The notes below the pieces were generated by a model that was not told the origin of the DNA, ran no database searches, and worked only from the letters and a program-made list of their open reading frames with translations. From NCBI GenBank assembly GCA_965228855.1, contig CBDDIJ010000005.1:1184001-1248000 (forward strand): 64,000 nucleotides of DNA, in the 5' to 3' direction. Numbering within the stretch: the first letter of the stretch is position 1; every line of letters begins with the position of its first letter. A program made the translations under genes and the position numbers. This document shows positions 41,801-50,678 of this stretch, in pieces. Source of the stretch: Candidatus Obscuribacterales bacterium. GTDB lineage: Bacteria > Cyanobacteriota > Vampirovibrionia > Obscuribacterales > Obscuribacteraceae.

Positions 41801-41904
41801 TTTACAGGCAACTGCGTGAAGCCGATCATACCGAAGAAAACTATGCCCAGCATGGACAGCGTAGTCATAACCGGTCGCCGAATAAAGAGGTCCGAAAAGC
41901 TCAT
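38806..41904 (-). CDS. RND efflux transporter permease (MdtB/MdtC-like)
   Basis: FIRRPV, GFVVDDAVVVLENI, GIVKKNAIMMID and RFRPIMMTT motifs. Confidence 0.95.
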   Translation of the reverse strand: MSFSDLFIRRPVMTTLSMLGIVFFGMIGFTQLPVNDLPSIDFPTISVTASLPGGNPETMANAVAAPLERQFSSISGISSMNSSSTLGSTSITLQFDLTRDIDAAAQDVQTAIATASRILPPMPTPPSYKKVNPADSPILFLSLSSDSLPLYQVSEYAETTVGQRLSMIGGVAQVNVFGSQKYAVRVELDPDALTSRNVSFDEIRQAIETGNVNVPAGTLYGPHSAFMLKTNGQLTDAKQFASLVVAYRNGSPVRLSELGSITDSVENDKVASWYSGKRAIVLAIMRQPGTNTVQIVDKIKDVLPELRNQIPGSVSMDVLYDRTTSIRASIEDVEFTLALTIGLVVAVIFIFLRNLPATIIPSLALPTSLVGTFAAMYLLGFSLNNLTLMALTLSVGFVVDDAVVVLENIVRHIEMGEPPFQAAINATREIGFTVISMTLSLVAVFLPVLLMQGIVGRLFNEFAVTMSVAILVSGFVSLSLTAMLSSRWLKPGAHDAQHGFLAGMERLWDWLARRYEESLKVSLRHPIMTLSTLVIAIGATAYLFTLVPKGFMPTEDVGMIQGSTEAAQDISFDSMSTHQKAVAAIVAAHPDVEGVMSSVGGSAANAGRMIVSLKPFHERTKKADEIAKELRPQLAKIPGIKSFLQIPPSIRIGGQSSKSTYQVTLMSPDTKALYAATDALVDKLKDVPDLQDVTTDVLTGTPQIDIKVNRDLAATLGITQDQVEQTLANAYGQRQISTIYAPSNQYRVVMGLAPRYQRDPVQLAKLYVRSVNGKMVPLNEVAELTPGVGPLVVNHLGQFPSATVSFNLRPGFSIGQAVEVVDAIAKKTVPAQVSVSFQGQAQAFQQSFSNMGFLLFLATVIIYVILGMLYESFVHPVTILSGLPAAGLGGLGMLLIFGKELDVYGFLGLILLIGIVKKNAIMMIDYSLEKERDEGMAPADAIYQACLVRFRPIMMTTMAALMGTLPIAIGFGAGADARRSLGLVVVGGLLVSQVLTLYITPVVYIALDAAQRKFRKKPPLTPSSRTLEASEK

Positions 41905-43286
41905 TGCGGTCGACCAGACATCGTTTGTATCGGTTCAGTGTGCTTGGCACTGGCTTCTGAGGCGTCTTCGCGGCCGGAGATTTCAACTCTCCCACCCTCG
42001 GCCAACTGAATCTGACCATCCGTGACCACTGTGTCACCATTAGTGATACCAGATTCAATTGCAGTCAACCCGTCAACGCTCGGACCAGCTTTAACGGGCT
42101 GCATATGAGCGGTTTTTCCGTTTTTCAAAACCCAGACAAACTGCCCGGACTGTCCGGTTTGAACGGCCTGGGTCGGGATAGCGATCGCATCCTTCAAGGT
42201 TGTCAGAGTTAGTAAAACATCCACATATTTTCCGGGCCACAGCATCGAATCTGAATTATCGAATTCAGCCTTCAATTTAACCGTACCAGTGGTATTGTCC
42301 ACGGTATTGTCGGTAAACGTAACCTTGCCCAGACGCTCGGCGTCATGCCCCTTGAGCAGAACCGCAACACGAAGGTTGTCTTGTTTATATTTCTGAACCA
42401 GCTCAAATTGATCGGCGGGTACGGAAAACTCCACGTAAATTGGGGAAATCTGGTTGATTGTGACAAGAACATCTTCATCAGCACGAACATTGTTGCCTTG
42501 AAGAACCAATATCTTACCTGTTCGTCCCGAGATCGGAGAATTTACGGTCGTAAAATTCAGCTGCACACGAGCGTTCTCCAATACCGCTTTAGCGGAGGCT
42601 AGTTGCGCGTATGCATTCTGAAGATTGGCTTTATCAGCGACGATCTGCGCTTCTGCGTTTTGTATATTTGCTTGTCCGGCCACCACGGTCGCCGCTGTCG
42701 ATTCCATATCTGTTTCACGTCGTTCTGCTTCAACCTCGGATACGGCGCCGGCTTTCGCCAGCGCACCAAAGCGCTGAGCGTTTACCTGAGCCAGATGAGC
42801 CAGAGCCTGATTTTTCGTCTGGTCGGCCTTGACTTGCGCAAGAACCGCCTTGTCCTTATCAATCGCCGCTCTGGCCTGAGCAATCACAGCCTCTTGCTTC
42901 GCGACGTCAGACTCAGCTTTCAAATAATCAGCGCGAGCAGGACGCGGATCGATTGTGAACAGTAATTGCCTGCGCTCGACTGTATCACCTTCCTTGAAAT
43001 GAATAGAGACGATGCGACCACCGATTCTAGCTTTGACGGAAACGGCATTCATCGGGGTGACAGCGCCGATGCTCCTCAAATGAATCGGAATGTCCGCAGT
43101 TTTAGCGGTTGCCACCGTCACCGGTGCCGGAGGTTTTTGAGTTTTTTTCTTCTCTTCATGCCTGGTCAGGAAAACGGTCGCGCAGGCAATAGCGATTACG
43201 AGAATAATCAGAAATACGGCGCGACCGTTGCCGGACTTCTGTTTCTCTTCGACGGATGAAAATGATGGTTGGGTCCCTAGACTCAT
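41901..43286 (-). CDS. RND efflux periplasmic adaptor (MdtA-like)
   Basis: N-terminal TM, lipoyl halves, alpha-hairpin, SPISGRTG, DNTVDNTTGTVKLKA and LWPG. ATGA overlap with the permease. Confidence 0.93.
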   Translation of the reverse strand: MSLGTQPSFSSVEEKQKSGNGRAVFLIILVIAIACATVFLTRHEEKKKTQKPPAPVTVATAKTADIPIHLRSIGAVTPMNAVSVKARIGGRIVSIHFKEGDTVERRQLLFTIDPRPARADYLKAESDVAKQEAVIAQARAAIDKDKAVLAQVKADQTKNQALAHLAQVNAQRFGALAKAGAVSEVEAERRETDMESTAATVVAGQANIQNAEAQIVADKANLQNAYAQLASAKAVLENARVQLNFTTVNSPISGRTGKILVLQGNNVRADEDVLVTINQISPIYVEFSVPADQFELVQKYKQDNLRVAVLLKGHDAERLGKVTFTDNTVDNTTGTVKLKAEFDNSDSMLWPGKYVDVLLTLTTLKDAIAIPTQAVQTGQSGQFVWVLKNGKTAHMQPVKAGPSVDGLTAIESGITNGDTVVTDGQIQLAEGGRVEISGREDASEASAKHTEPIQTMSGRPQ

Positions 43287-43517
43287 TCTGTAACTTTTCG
43301 ACCACATGTAATCGACACGAAAGTCGACGAAATAGTCATAGCATAGTTCCTAATAATAGAACAGACGCTGATCACAACTGAGCGCCTGGTGTGCGGCGTC
43401 TCACTGGCTTCTGCTCGCGCGGCGGCACTGATGTGCAGACAGTCTGCTAAATCAAGAATGGAAACTGAGCGGCGATGGGGTGACCTTTGTCTCTCCACGT
43501 CGATTGGCGCTTAAATC

Positions 43518-44381
43518 ATGACGACAGCTAAACGAAAGAAAGAACCTTATTACTCTGCGATACCATCGGTAAGCAGTCTTCTGAACCCGATTCTCCACGC
43601 GCTTCGAGAGCGCGGTGGGAATGGACCGACTGACAAAGTCACATCAGAACTCGAAAATAAATTTCTCCAGGACGCGACGGTAAACCGCTTCCCTTCGGCA
43701 CGACTTGAAATACACAGCCGACTCAACCGCGCCCTGGAATTGTTGAGTAGAGCAGGTCTTGTCTGTCGCAAAGGTTTGTATTCACTGAAACTTACACCGA
43801 AGGCCCTTGTTGTCCCGGAATCGGCAGTAGAGAAACTCAGCGAAGCGACATTGAGAGAAAAACACTCTGTCGACATTGTGGTGGAGTCAGAGAAGACTCT
43901 TCCGTTACCCGATGAAATCAGCTTAGACATACTGGACTTCTTGTCTCAAGAACCGAAAATGTCTGCTCTGCAAATCGAGGAAAGAGTCCTCCAGAGATAC
44001 GCTTATGACCACGGCATCCTGGAGGCTGAGGAACTGGAGCAAGTGAGCCGAAGAGCTCTCACAGCCAGAAGAATTATAGAGTCAAAACACTTGATAGCTC
44101 AAGATTCCGACGGCATGTTCCAACTGACAAACCGCGGTCGTTCGGTCAATCCGGTGCAAGCGCAGCGGATCGCGAGATTATCGATCGGCACCTACCTTCG
44201 CCATCAACTTTTGAAATTGCGCCTCTTTGTTGAAGAGCAAGCACAGGTTGAAACTAGACGGCACATCGTTGAAGAAATCAGCGCATTCCTGTTCGGTGTA
44301 GGGAGATACTTCACAAAGCCGAAGAATCGCGAACCGCAAGTTGAGTTAATAAGAGAAAAGCAAGCTACTTACAGTGACTAA
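43518..44381 (+). CDS. Protein with tandem Mrr-N-terminal-like winged-helix domains, no nuclease domain
   Basis: IPS...LLNPILHALRERGG...RLNRALELLSRAGLV...LKLTPKA plus a second copy (ILDFL...ARRII...LI...GMFQLTNRG). Confidence 0.62.
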   Translation: MTTAKRKKEPYYSAIPSVSSLLNPILHALRERGGNGPTDKVTSELENKFLQDATVNRFPSARLEIHSRLNRALELLSRAGLVCRKGLYSLKLTPKALVVPESAVEKLSEATLREKHSVDIVVESEKTLPLPDEISLDILDFLSQEPKMSALQIEERVLQRYAYDHGILEAEELEQVSRRALTARRIIESKHLIAQDSDGMFQLTNRGRSVNPVQAQRIARLSIGTYLRHQLLKLRLFVEEQAQVETRRHIVEEISAFLFGVGRYFTKPKNREPQVELIREKQATYSD

Positions 44382-44447
44382 TGCGCTACATAAGAGCAAG
44401 AAAGAGATCATTCACTACCTGTTCCAGACTAGCTGAGGAGAGACAAC

Positions 44448-44552
44448 ATGAACAGACATGCAATTACTACTTACAAACTTGAAGCGCAAGATGTCATCGC
44501 AGCAACCATGTACAGCATGTTGTTGGTTTGCCTGCTTTTCAGATTGGCGTAA
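44448..44552 (+). CDS. Small hydrophobic peptide (34 aa), below the ORF track cutoff
   Basis: GAGGAG RBS 7 nt before ATG; translation MNRHAITTYKLEAQDVIAATMYSMLLVCLLFRLA. Confidence 0.55.
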   Translation: MNRHAITTYKLEAQDVIAATMYSMLLVCLLFRLA

Positions 44553-44603
44553 CTAAACCAACCGACACCACCTGCGATACCGCCAGAACCAGAGGATAAT
44601 ATT

Positions 44604-44900
44604 ATGAATCGCATTGAATACAGATTGATGCAAGTAGCGGAGTCAGTCTCCGGAGCCGTCTCTAACGCCAGCGACACGGCCTTCACTATCGTGGCCGGTC
44701 AGGTTGCAGGAGTCGGTGCAGATTGGATCGACAAAATGTTCCTCACCGAGGAGGACGGCTCTCATTACAAGCAGGAGCTAGATGGTGACGGAGAGCAAGA
44801 AGGAGATGGGCAAGTGCGATCTCTAGACAGGAAGCGCGCCGCACGAATGGCAAAGAAACTATCTAAAAACGTTTCAACACCTCCTGACCTCATAATCTAG
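44604..44900 (+). CDS. Hypothetical protein (98 aa)
   Basis: GAGGA RBS; followed by a strong terminator. Confidence 0.65.
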   Translation: MNRIEYRLMQVAESVSGAVSNASDTAFTIVAGQVAGVGADWIDKMFLTEEDGSHYKQELDGDGEQEGDGQVRSLDRKRAARMAKKLSKNVSTPPDLII

Positions 44901-44928
44901 AAATTTTAACGCGACAAACGACCAACGA

Positions 44929-44957
44929 AAACGCGAGTCACCGACTCGCGTTTCTTC
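44929..44957 (+). terminator. Intrinsic terminator
   Basis: AAACGCGAGTC-ACC-GACTCGCGTTT stem with TTTCTTC tail. Confidence 0.75.
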
Positions 44958-45111
44958 GTAACGCGAACCACCACCCACGGTGCTCAGGTGGGAAGCTGGC
45001 ATCACGAGTGTGACAGACGAGAGAGAGGGAGAGGTGAAAGGGACCTAAGATCGCCAGCACGTCACCGCTGGCGATACCAGCGACAGCCTTGAATAAATCA
45101 AAGCGAGGCTC

Positions 45112-46797
45112 TTAGTTAGGCTTGCCCCAGTACCAACCTTGCCCGTATGTCACGCCCATGTCGATAAGCAGTTCCAACTCCTCACGACACTCAATGCCTT
45201 CGGCGACGAGATCTGAGCCCAGCGCATTCACGACCTTAACGAGGCGGCGCAACAACCGTTCCTTCGTTGGTTCCTGAGCTATGCCTGAGACATACTTGCG
45301 ATCGATTTTGACGATGTCCGGCTCAAGGATTATCAGACTTTCGAGCGAACTTCTGCCGAAACCGACGTCGTCGATTGCAACATGAACGCCCCTGCGTTTG
45401 AGCTCTTGAACGTGATCTCGTAAGTAAGTGGGGTCACCTATAAACTGCTGTTCACTGATTTCAATACAGAATTTGCCCTCTTCCGGGTCAGCCGGAAACA
45501 GCGTCATCAGCCTGTCTATGGGCGTGTCGATAATCGTGGATGGGAATAAATTGACGTGCAGACGTGAATCATTGTTGAACTTCGGATCGGTGCTTGCTGC
45601 AGTCAGACAAGTTTTCAAACAGCGTAAATCAACAATAGTAAGAAGGTTGTACTCAACGCTCACTCGGAAAAGATCGACAGGCATCTCGAAAGCACCTTCC
45701 GGTCCGCGGCTGAGAATCTCATACCCAACGAGTTTTTCGTCAGCAAGATGCAGAATCGGCATAGAAACCGCTCTGAAGCAATCCCCCTTGCGCAACTTCT
45801 CCGTCAACTCTTCAAGAGCGTCTCGGTCGGGTTGACCCTGGCGCTTGTGTTTTTCTCCGGAAGAAACACGGTTTTTGCCCAACAATTTCGACTCACGAAC
45901 GGCCAATCGCACTAACGACAGGACTTCCTCAATCGAGCAGAACTCGTAAGGTAGGGCAAGCACGCCCAAGCTGGCAGTAACACGAATGGTCTCAGACGCA
46001 AGCCGCAACGGACTTTCCGCGACGGACAGACGAATTTTTTCCGCCACCAGCATGCCTTCTGCAAAACGTGTATCCGGCAATAAGAGGAGGAACTCGTCAC
46101 TGCCGATCCTGGCGATGTGATCGGTCGGTCGGACCGTTTCCTTCATGCGCTTGGATATTTCCTTGAGCACGACATCACCGACGCCATGCCCTAGCTGGGC
46201 GTTGATGCGGTCGAAATCATCACAGTCGAGTAGCACTGCGACCAGATTCCAGCCGCCTCGTCTCGCTCTTTCGAATTCGTGTTGGAGAGCTCGTTCGAGA
46301 CCGGCTATGTTTAAACACTCGGTGAGCGGGTCGTGATTGGCTAAAGCCTCCAATCTCGTCGTCGCTGCCTCCAGCCGATCCGATGCTTCCTTCAGTGCCT
46401 CTTCGGCACGTTTTAAATCAATTGCGTATCTCATTGACTGCACAAGCCTCTTGGCGTCGATGGACTCTTTTACTAGAAAATCCTGCGCACCGTTTTGCAC
46501 GGCCTCGTCAACATCCTGGTCGCGTGTGTCGCTAAGGACTACGACAGGTACCGTTGTATGTAACTCTCTCAGTTCGTTTAAAACTTCCAGCCCCTTCTTG
46601 TTCGGCATAGAAAGACTGAGAAGGACTACATCAAAACCCTCTTTCTCGAGGCGCTCCATCCCGTGAGCGAACTTATCAGTCCACTCCATATTGAAATCCG
46701 AACCGGTTGCAGCCTCATCTAGTACGTCGCGAAGAGCCTTTGCCTGGCCCTCATTGTGTTCTATAAGTAGAACTCGCGTTTTTTTGTCGTCACCCAT
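45112..46797 (-). CDS. REC-GGDEF-EAL c-di-GMP turnover protein
   Basis: Atypical receiver; DPLT, D.DDF..IN..LGH..GD, RPTD I-site, GSDEF; EIL, IDDVGFG, VKID, AEGIE and QG EAL motifs. Confidence 0.9.
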   Translation of the reverse strand: MGDDKKTRVLLIEHNEGQAKALRDVLDEAATGSDFNMEWTDKFAHGMERLEKEGFDVVLLSLSMPNKKGLEVLNELRELHTTVPVVVLSDTRDQDVDEAVQNGAQDFLVKESIDAKRLVQSMRYAIDLKRAEEALKEASDRLEAATTRLEALANHDPLTECLNIAGLERALQHEFERARRGGWNLVAVLLDCDDFDRINAQLGHGVGDVVLKEISKRMKETVRPTDHIARIGSDEFLLLLPDTRFAEGMLVAEKIRLSVAESPLRLASETIRVTASLGVLALPYEFCSIEEVLSLVRLAVRESKLLGKNRVSSGEKHKRQGQPDRDALEELTEKLRKGDCFRAVSMPILHLADEKLVGYEILSRGPEGAFEMPVDLFRVSVEYNLLTIVDLRCLKTCLTAASTDPKFNNDSRLHVNLFPSTIIDTPIDRLMTLFPADPEEGKFCIEISEQQFIGDPTYLRDHVQELKRRGVHVAIDDVGFGRSSLESLIILEPDIVKIDRKYVSGIAQEPTKERLLRRLVKVVNALGSDLVAEGIECREELELLIDMGVTYGQGWYWGKPN

Positions 46798-47048
46798 TCA
46801 ATGTCACCAAAAAATTCCGATTGCGTTGCACAAAAACCTCGTCAAACCTGTTTATCAGTCGCTTGCGCCCCCTTCCCACATCCTTGTGCCCAATCAAACC
46901 AATCTTTACCCTGCCCCGATTTGCAAACGCAATCAGCCCTGTTCATGTACTATGGAGCCGGCGTAGGTGGCCCCAATGGTCATTAATGCCCAGATCGTCC
47001 TTGTATGAAACTACAGACCTCACTTACTAATTTCAAGACTCTTCTTAT

Positions 47049-48077
47049 ATGACAAATCAAGCACAGCCTGCCGAGCCTGTAAAACAAGGCAAACAACCAG
47101 TCTGGAAACTGCTTGTCGCTATTTTGTTAGGCGCCGGTCTGCTCTATTTCGCTTTTCGCGGCATAGACGTGCAAAAGATGATGCAGTATATGCAGGAGAT
47201 CAACCCGTTCTACGTTTTCCTCATATTTGCTGTCGGTATATTGAGCCACTTCCTGCGAGCCCTTCGCTGGATTATCCTTTTGAAACCGGTAGCAGAGCGC
47301 AACGTCAGTCTCTGGAATTCGTTTTACGCAGTCATTCTGGGATATGCAGTCAACGTCGTGATTCCCAAAGGCGGGGAGGTTGTTCGCCTGGTCGAGATGA
47401 GTCGGCTGGAGAAATTACCGTGGGCAGCAGTTGCACCGACCCTGCTTATCGACCGATTGCTCGATGTCGCACTGCTGGCGTTGCTGGTCGGCGTGACCCT
47501 GACTGTACTGCCGCAATCCGTGCTTGAAACCGTGCCGTGGCTTGTGCCAGGAGGTATCGGCATGGTGGTGGCAGCTACCGTTGGAATGCTTCTTTTGCCT
47601 AAGCTGTCAGCGATTGTTCGCTGGTTCATGAATCACAAAATTATCAAGAAGGCTCTTCCTGACAAGATTTCGACTATCTTGACGGAAAAGCTCGCTGAAT
47701 TTGAAGTCGGCACCAAGTGTCTAACCAACCCCGTCACGTTTCCAATAATCGCGCTATTGAGCGTGGCGATCTGGGCGTGTTATTGGGTTAGTTTCTACCT
47801 GATGCTCTTCGCGTTCAATATGCAGTCTATGGTGAGCGCAACCGACTGTTTGATCACTTTTACAATTGGAACTCTCAGCAATTTCGTTCCCACACCGGGT
47901 GCCGCCGGTGGTTTCCATCTTTTGGTCCAGCAGGGTCTTATGATTAACGGTCAGGTGAACAAGGAACAAGCACTCGCTTATGCCACCGTTTTGCATATCA
48001 TGAATTACATTGTTGTAAGTTGCGTTACCGCTGCGGTTTGCGTGCTAATACAATCATTCAAGAAGAAATCCGACTGA
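47049..48077 (+). CDS. Lysylphosphatidylglycerol synthase TM / flippase-like (YbhN/UPF0104) protein
   Basis: RALRW, N.VIP.GGE.VR, DRLLD and PTPGAAG motifs; polytopic. Confidence 0.85.
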   Translation: MTNQAQPAEPVKQGKQPVWKLLVAILLGAGLLYFAFRGIDVQKMMQYMQEINPFYVFLIFAVGILSHFLRALRWIILLKPVAERNVSLWNSFYAVILGYAVNVVIPKGGEVVRLVEMSRLEKLPWAAVAPTLLIDRLLDVALLALLVGVTLTVLPQSVLETVPWLVPGGIGMVVAATVGMLLLPKLSAIVRWFMNHKIIKKALPDKISTILTEKLAEFEVGTKCLTNPVTFPIIALLSVAIWACYWVSFYLMLFAFNMQSMVSATDCLITFTIGTLSNFVPTPGAAGGFHLLVQQGLMINGQVNKEQALAYATVLHIMNYIVVSCVTAAVCVLIQSFKKKSD

Positions 48078-48093
48078 CACCGCCAGCGGTGCT

Positions 48094-49101
48094 CTATTTC
48101 TTTCGACGTTCTGTAGACTCTGATGGTTTTGCAGTGGCATTACGCTTAATTTTTCTCTTTGCCGCGGCCAACTTCAGCTCCCGCGCTTCCACCCGTGATT
48201 CCTTCAACGCCGCGGCGGCCGCATCATGCGCTTTGCGTATCGCCGGACTGATCGGCTGGCACTTCGGACAGAAGTGAGAGCTACGACCGGCAAGTTTGAC
48301 ACGCTCGATCCTGGTACCACATGCGGAGCACTTCTCGTTGGTGCGTCCGTAAACATGCGCAGCATTCTGATAGTCGCCGTTGACGCCGGACAGATTCGAG
48401 TAATCTCTCAAAGTTGTTCCGCCAAGCTCGATCGAACGAGACAATACTTCAATTATTTTTTTGCTCAAGACGACAAGCTGTTGCAGTTTCAATTTGCCTG
48501 CTGGCTGAAGAGGATTGATATTAGCCAGGAACAACGATTCGTCGGCATAGATGTTACCAATGCCCGCGATGATTCGTTGATCGAGCAAAGCATTTTTAAC
48601 GGGCTGATTTTTACCGCGAAAGGCGTCGAGCATATACTCGGCCGTCAGGTGCGACAGCGGTTCCACACCCAGAGATGCAATGCCGCTAACAACGTCTTCC
48701 ACGGAGGTTCCGCTGGGTACGTACCAGAGCCGGCCGAACACGCGCATGTCTTCGTAGTGTAACTCCTTGCCACTAACCAGAATGATCCGGACGCGCAAAA
48801 AGTTTTTCGCCACAGACGCATTGATGTCCTTCTCAGTCTGGGGTTTTTCTTTGAGAACCAATCGCCCGGACATGCGAAGATGTACAACCAGCGCCGCACC
48901 CGACGACAAACCGACTATTATGTACTTCCCTCGTCGGGTGGTAGCTTCAAACGTATGCCCTTTCAAAAGCCGCCTGAATGCGTCGACTTCAGGATAGCCA
49001 ATTGAGTCTTTGCGCAGAACTTCGACCGACTTTATCTTCTCGCCGACGATAAATTTGTTTAGCCCACGGGCGACTGTTTCTACTTCCGGAAGTTCTGGCA
49101 T
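48094..49101 (-). CDS. mutM: Formamidopyrimidine-DNA glycosylase
   Basis: MPELPEVE, RRGKY, HLRMSG, LLDQ..IAGIGNIYADE and C4 zinc finger; extra basic C-terminal tail. Confidence 0.96.
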   Translation of the reverse strand: MPELPEVETVARGLNKFIVGEKIKSVEVLRKDSIGYPEVDAFRRLLKGHTFEATTRRGKYIIVGLSSGAALVVHLRMSGRLVLKEKPQTEKDINASVAKNFLRVRIILVSGKELHYEDMRVFGRLWYVPSGTSVEDVVSGIASLGVEPLSHLTAEYMLDAFRGKNQPVKNALLDQRIIAGIGNIYADESLFLANINPLQPAGKLKLQQLVVLSKKIIEVLSRSIELGGTTLRDYSNLSGVNGDYQNAAHVYGRTNEKCSACGTRIERVKLAGRSSHFCPKCQPISPAIRKAHDAAAAALKESRVEARELKLAAAKRKIKRNATAKPSESTERRKK

Positions 49102-49177
49102 ACAACCTCAAAGCTATTTTTCGGCCACACTTTATCAAACAGGGACTTCTGGAAAACGATTCGTTCCATTCAAGTTT

Positions 49178-50272
49178 CTAGATGAAGAAGAACGTCGCTC
49201 CAAGAATGAGATACACGGCCAGGAGCTGCACGCCTTCCATCCAGTTGCACTCACCGTCAAAAGTAATGAACGGAAGAATGATGACTGATACCACTACCGC
49301 CATCACTTCGAAGCCGGAGAAACACAGATCCATGGGGCGACCTATGATAAAACTCGCGAAAACAATCACTGGAGCGACAAACAGAGCGATCTGCGTGGAT
49401 GAGCCCAGTGCGATATTTATGCTCAAGTCCATCTTGTTCTTCAGCGCCATCAAGATCGCGGTGCTGTGTTCGGCAGCGTTACCGATGATCGCGACTACGA
49501 TCACGCCGATGAACATATGCGTCATTCCAATAGCCTGGGCTGTCGCTTCCACCTGTTTAACGAGCAATTCAGCAAGCAGCGCGACGAGCACCGTCGAGGC
49601 ACTCAAAACAATAATGCTGTTTCGCACGCCCCAATGTTCGGTTCCAATCGCCTCTTCGACCTCTACGTCGACCTGTCGCACGTAGAGATTTCTGTGCGTT
49701 TTTAAACTGAAAAACAAACTGAGCAGATAGACAACGAATTGAATGATTGCAATCGCCAGAGCCAAACGGAGTTCTTCACCGGGCGTGACCTCGCCGACCT
49801 GTCTGCCGTAGAAGTGGAATACCGCGGGCACCACCAGACATATCGCAGCCAGGGCGAGCAGAGTAGATGAAGTGGTAGCGGCAGTACGATTGAACTCCTG
49901 GGTTTTATATTTGAGGCCACCAGTGAGCATCGACAATCCCATTACCAGTAGAACGTTTCCGATGATCGAGCCGGTGATAGAGGCTTTGACGACATCAATC
50001 AAACCCGCTTTGAGAGCCGAGAGGGCTATCAAAAGTTCACAGGCGTTTCCAAACGTCGCGTTCAGAAGTCCGCCCATACCGGTGCCGAGTTTGTCGGCAA
50101 GAACTTCAGTAGAACGCCCCATCAAACCGGCCAGAGGCGTAATTGCCAGACACGCCATTAGAAACAGAACGGGAGGCGCCCAATGCATATATTCGCCCAC
50201 AAACGCCAGTGGCACGAAAATCAGCAATAGCTGAAGGAAAGTCTGCGGCGTAACTTTTAGCATCTTATGCAT
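49178..50272 (-). CDS. cax: Ca2+/H+ antiporter
   Basis: [18 protein letters not shown] and GNAAEH...[19 protein letters not shown] alpha-repeats. Confidence 0.93.
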   Translation of the reverse strand: MHKMLKVTPQTFLQLLLIFVPLAFVGEYMHWAPPVLFLMACLAITPLAGLMGRSTEVLADKLGTGMGGLLNATFGNACELLIALSALKAGLIDVVKASITGSIIGNVLLVMGLSMLTGGLKYKTQEFNRTAATTSSTLLALAAICLVVPAVFHFYGRQVGEVTPGEELRLALAIAIIQFVVYLLSLFFSLKTHRNLYVRQVDVEVEEAIGTEHWGVRNSIIVLSASTVLVALLAELLVKQVEATAQAIGMTHMFIGVIVVAIIGNAAEHSTAILMALKNKMDLSINIALGSSTQIALFVAPVIVFASFIIGRPMDLCFSGFEVMAVVVSVIILPFITFDGECNWMEGVQLLAVYLILGATFFFI

Positions 50273-50678
50273 CGAAAACTAACCAGAGATTGCGCGGGCT
50301 GGAGCCGCAAACTGCTCGAACAGAGCGATGTCAGAAGACGCGCATGCCCTTCCGACAGAGCGATGATCATACTCGTTAGAGCGATTGGCGCCATTAACTC
50401 ATAGCAAAATCGGAACGCTTGGCAGCACCGCAATTAGTGGCAGCCCGATCACAACGTTTTCATCAAACCGACATCGGCGTATGGTCGAGCCAGAGTCTGA
50501 AAGCCAAGCGGCGAGGGGTTTCGCGCAACTAGTCTCCCGGTAAAACCGTTCGCCGGTAAACGTTTGAAAATTCTTATCTGAAGATTAGCGGGATATTTTT
50601 ATAGATTCAGTACGAACAGGCCTTAACATATGAATTCAAGATCTAAATAAGTCCAGATCTACTTTTGGAGGGTGCCTC

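Noticed and set aside
50499..50522. GAAAGCC-N10-GGGTTTC imperfect palindrome, with loosely similar sites near 10400 and 61123
   Set aside because: Too degenerate and variable in spacing to call a repeat family without a genome-wide motif search.
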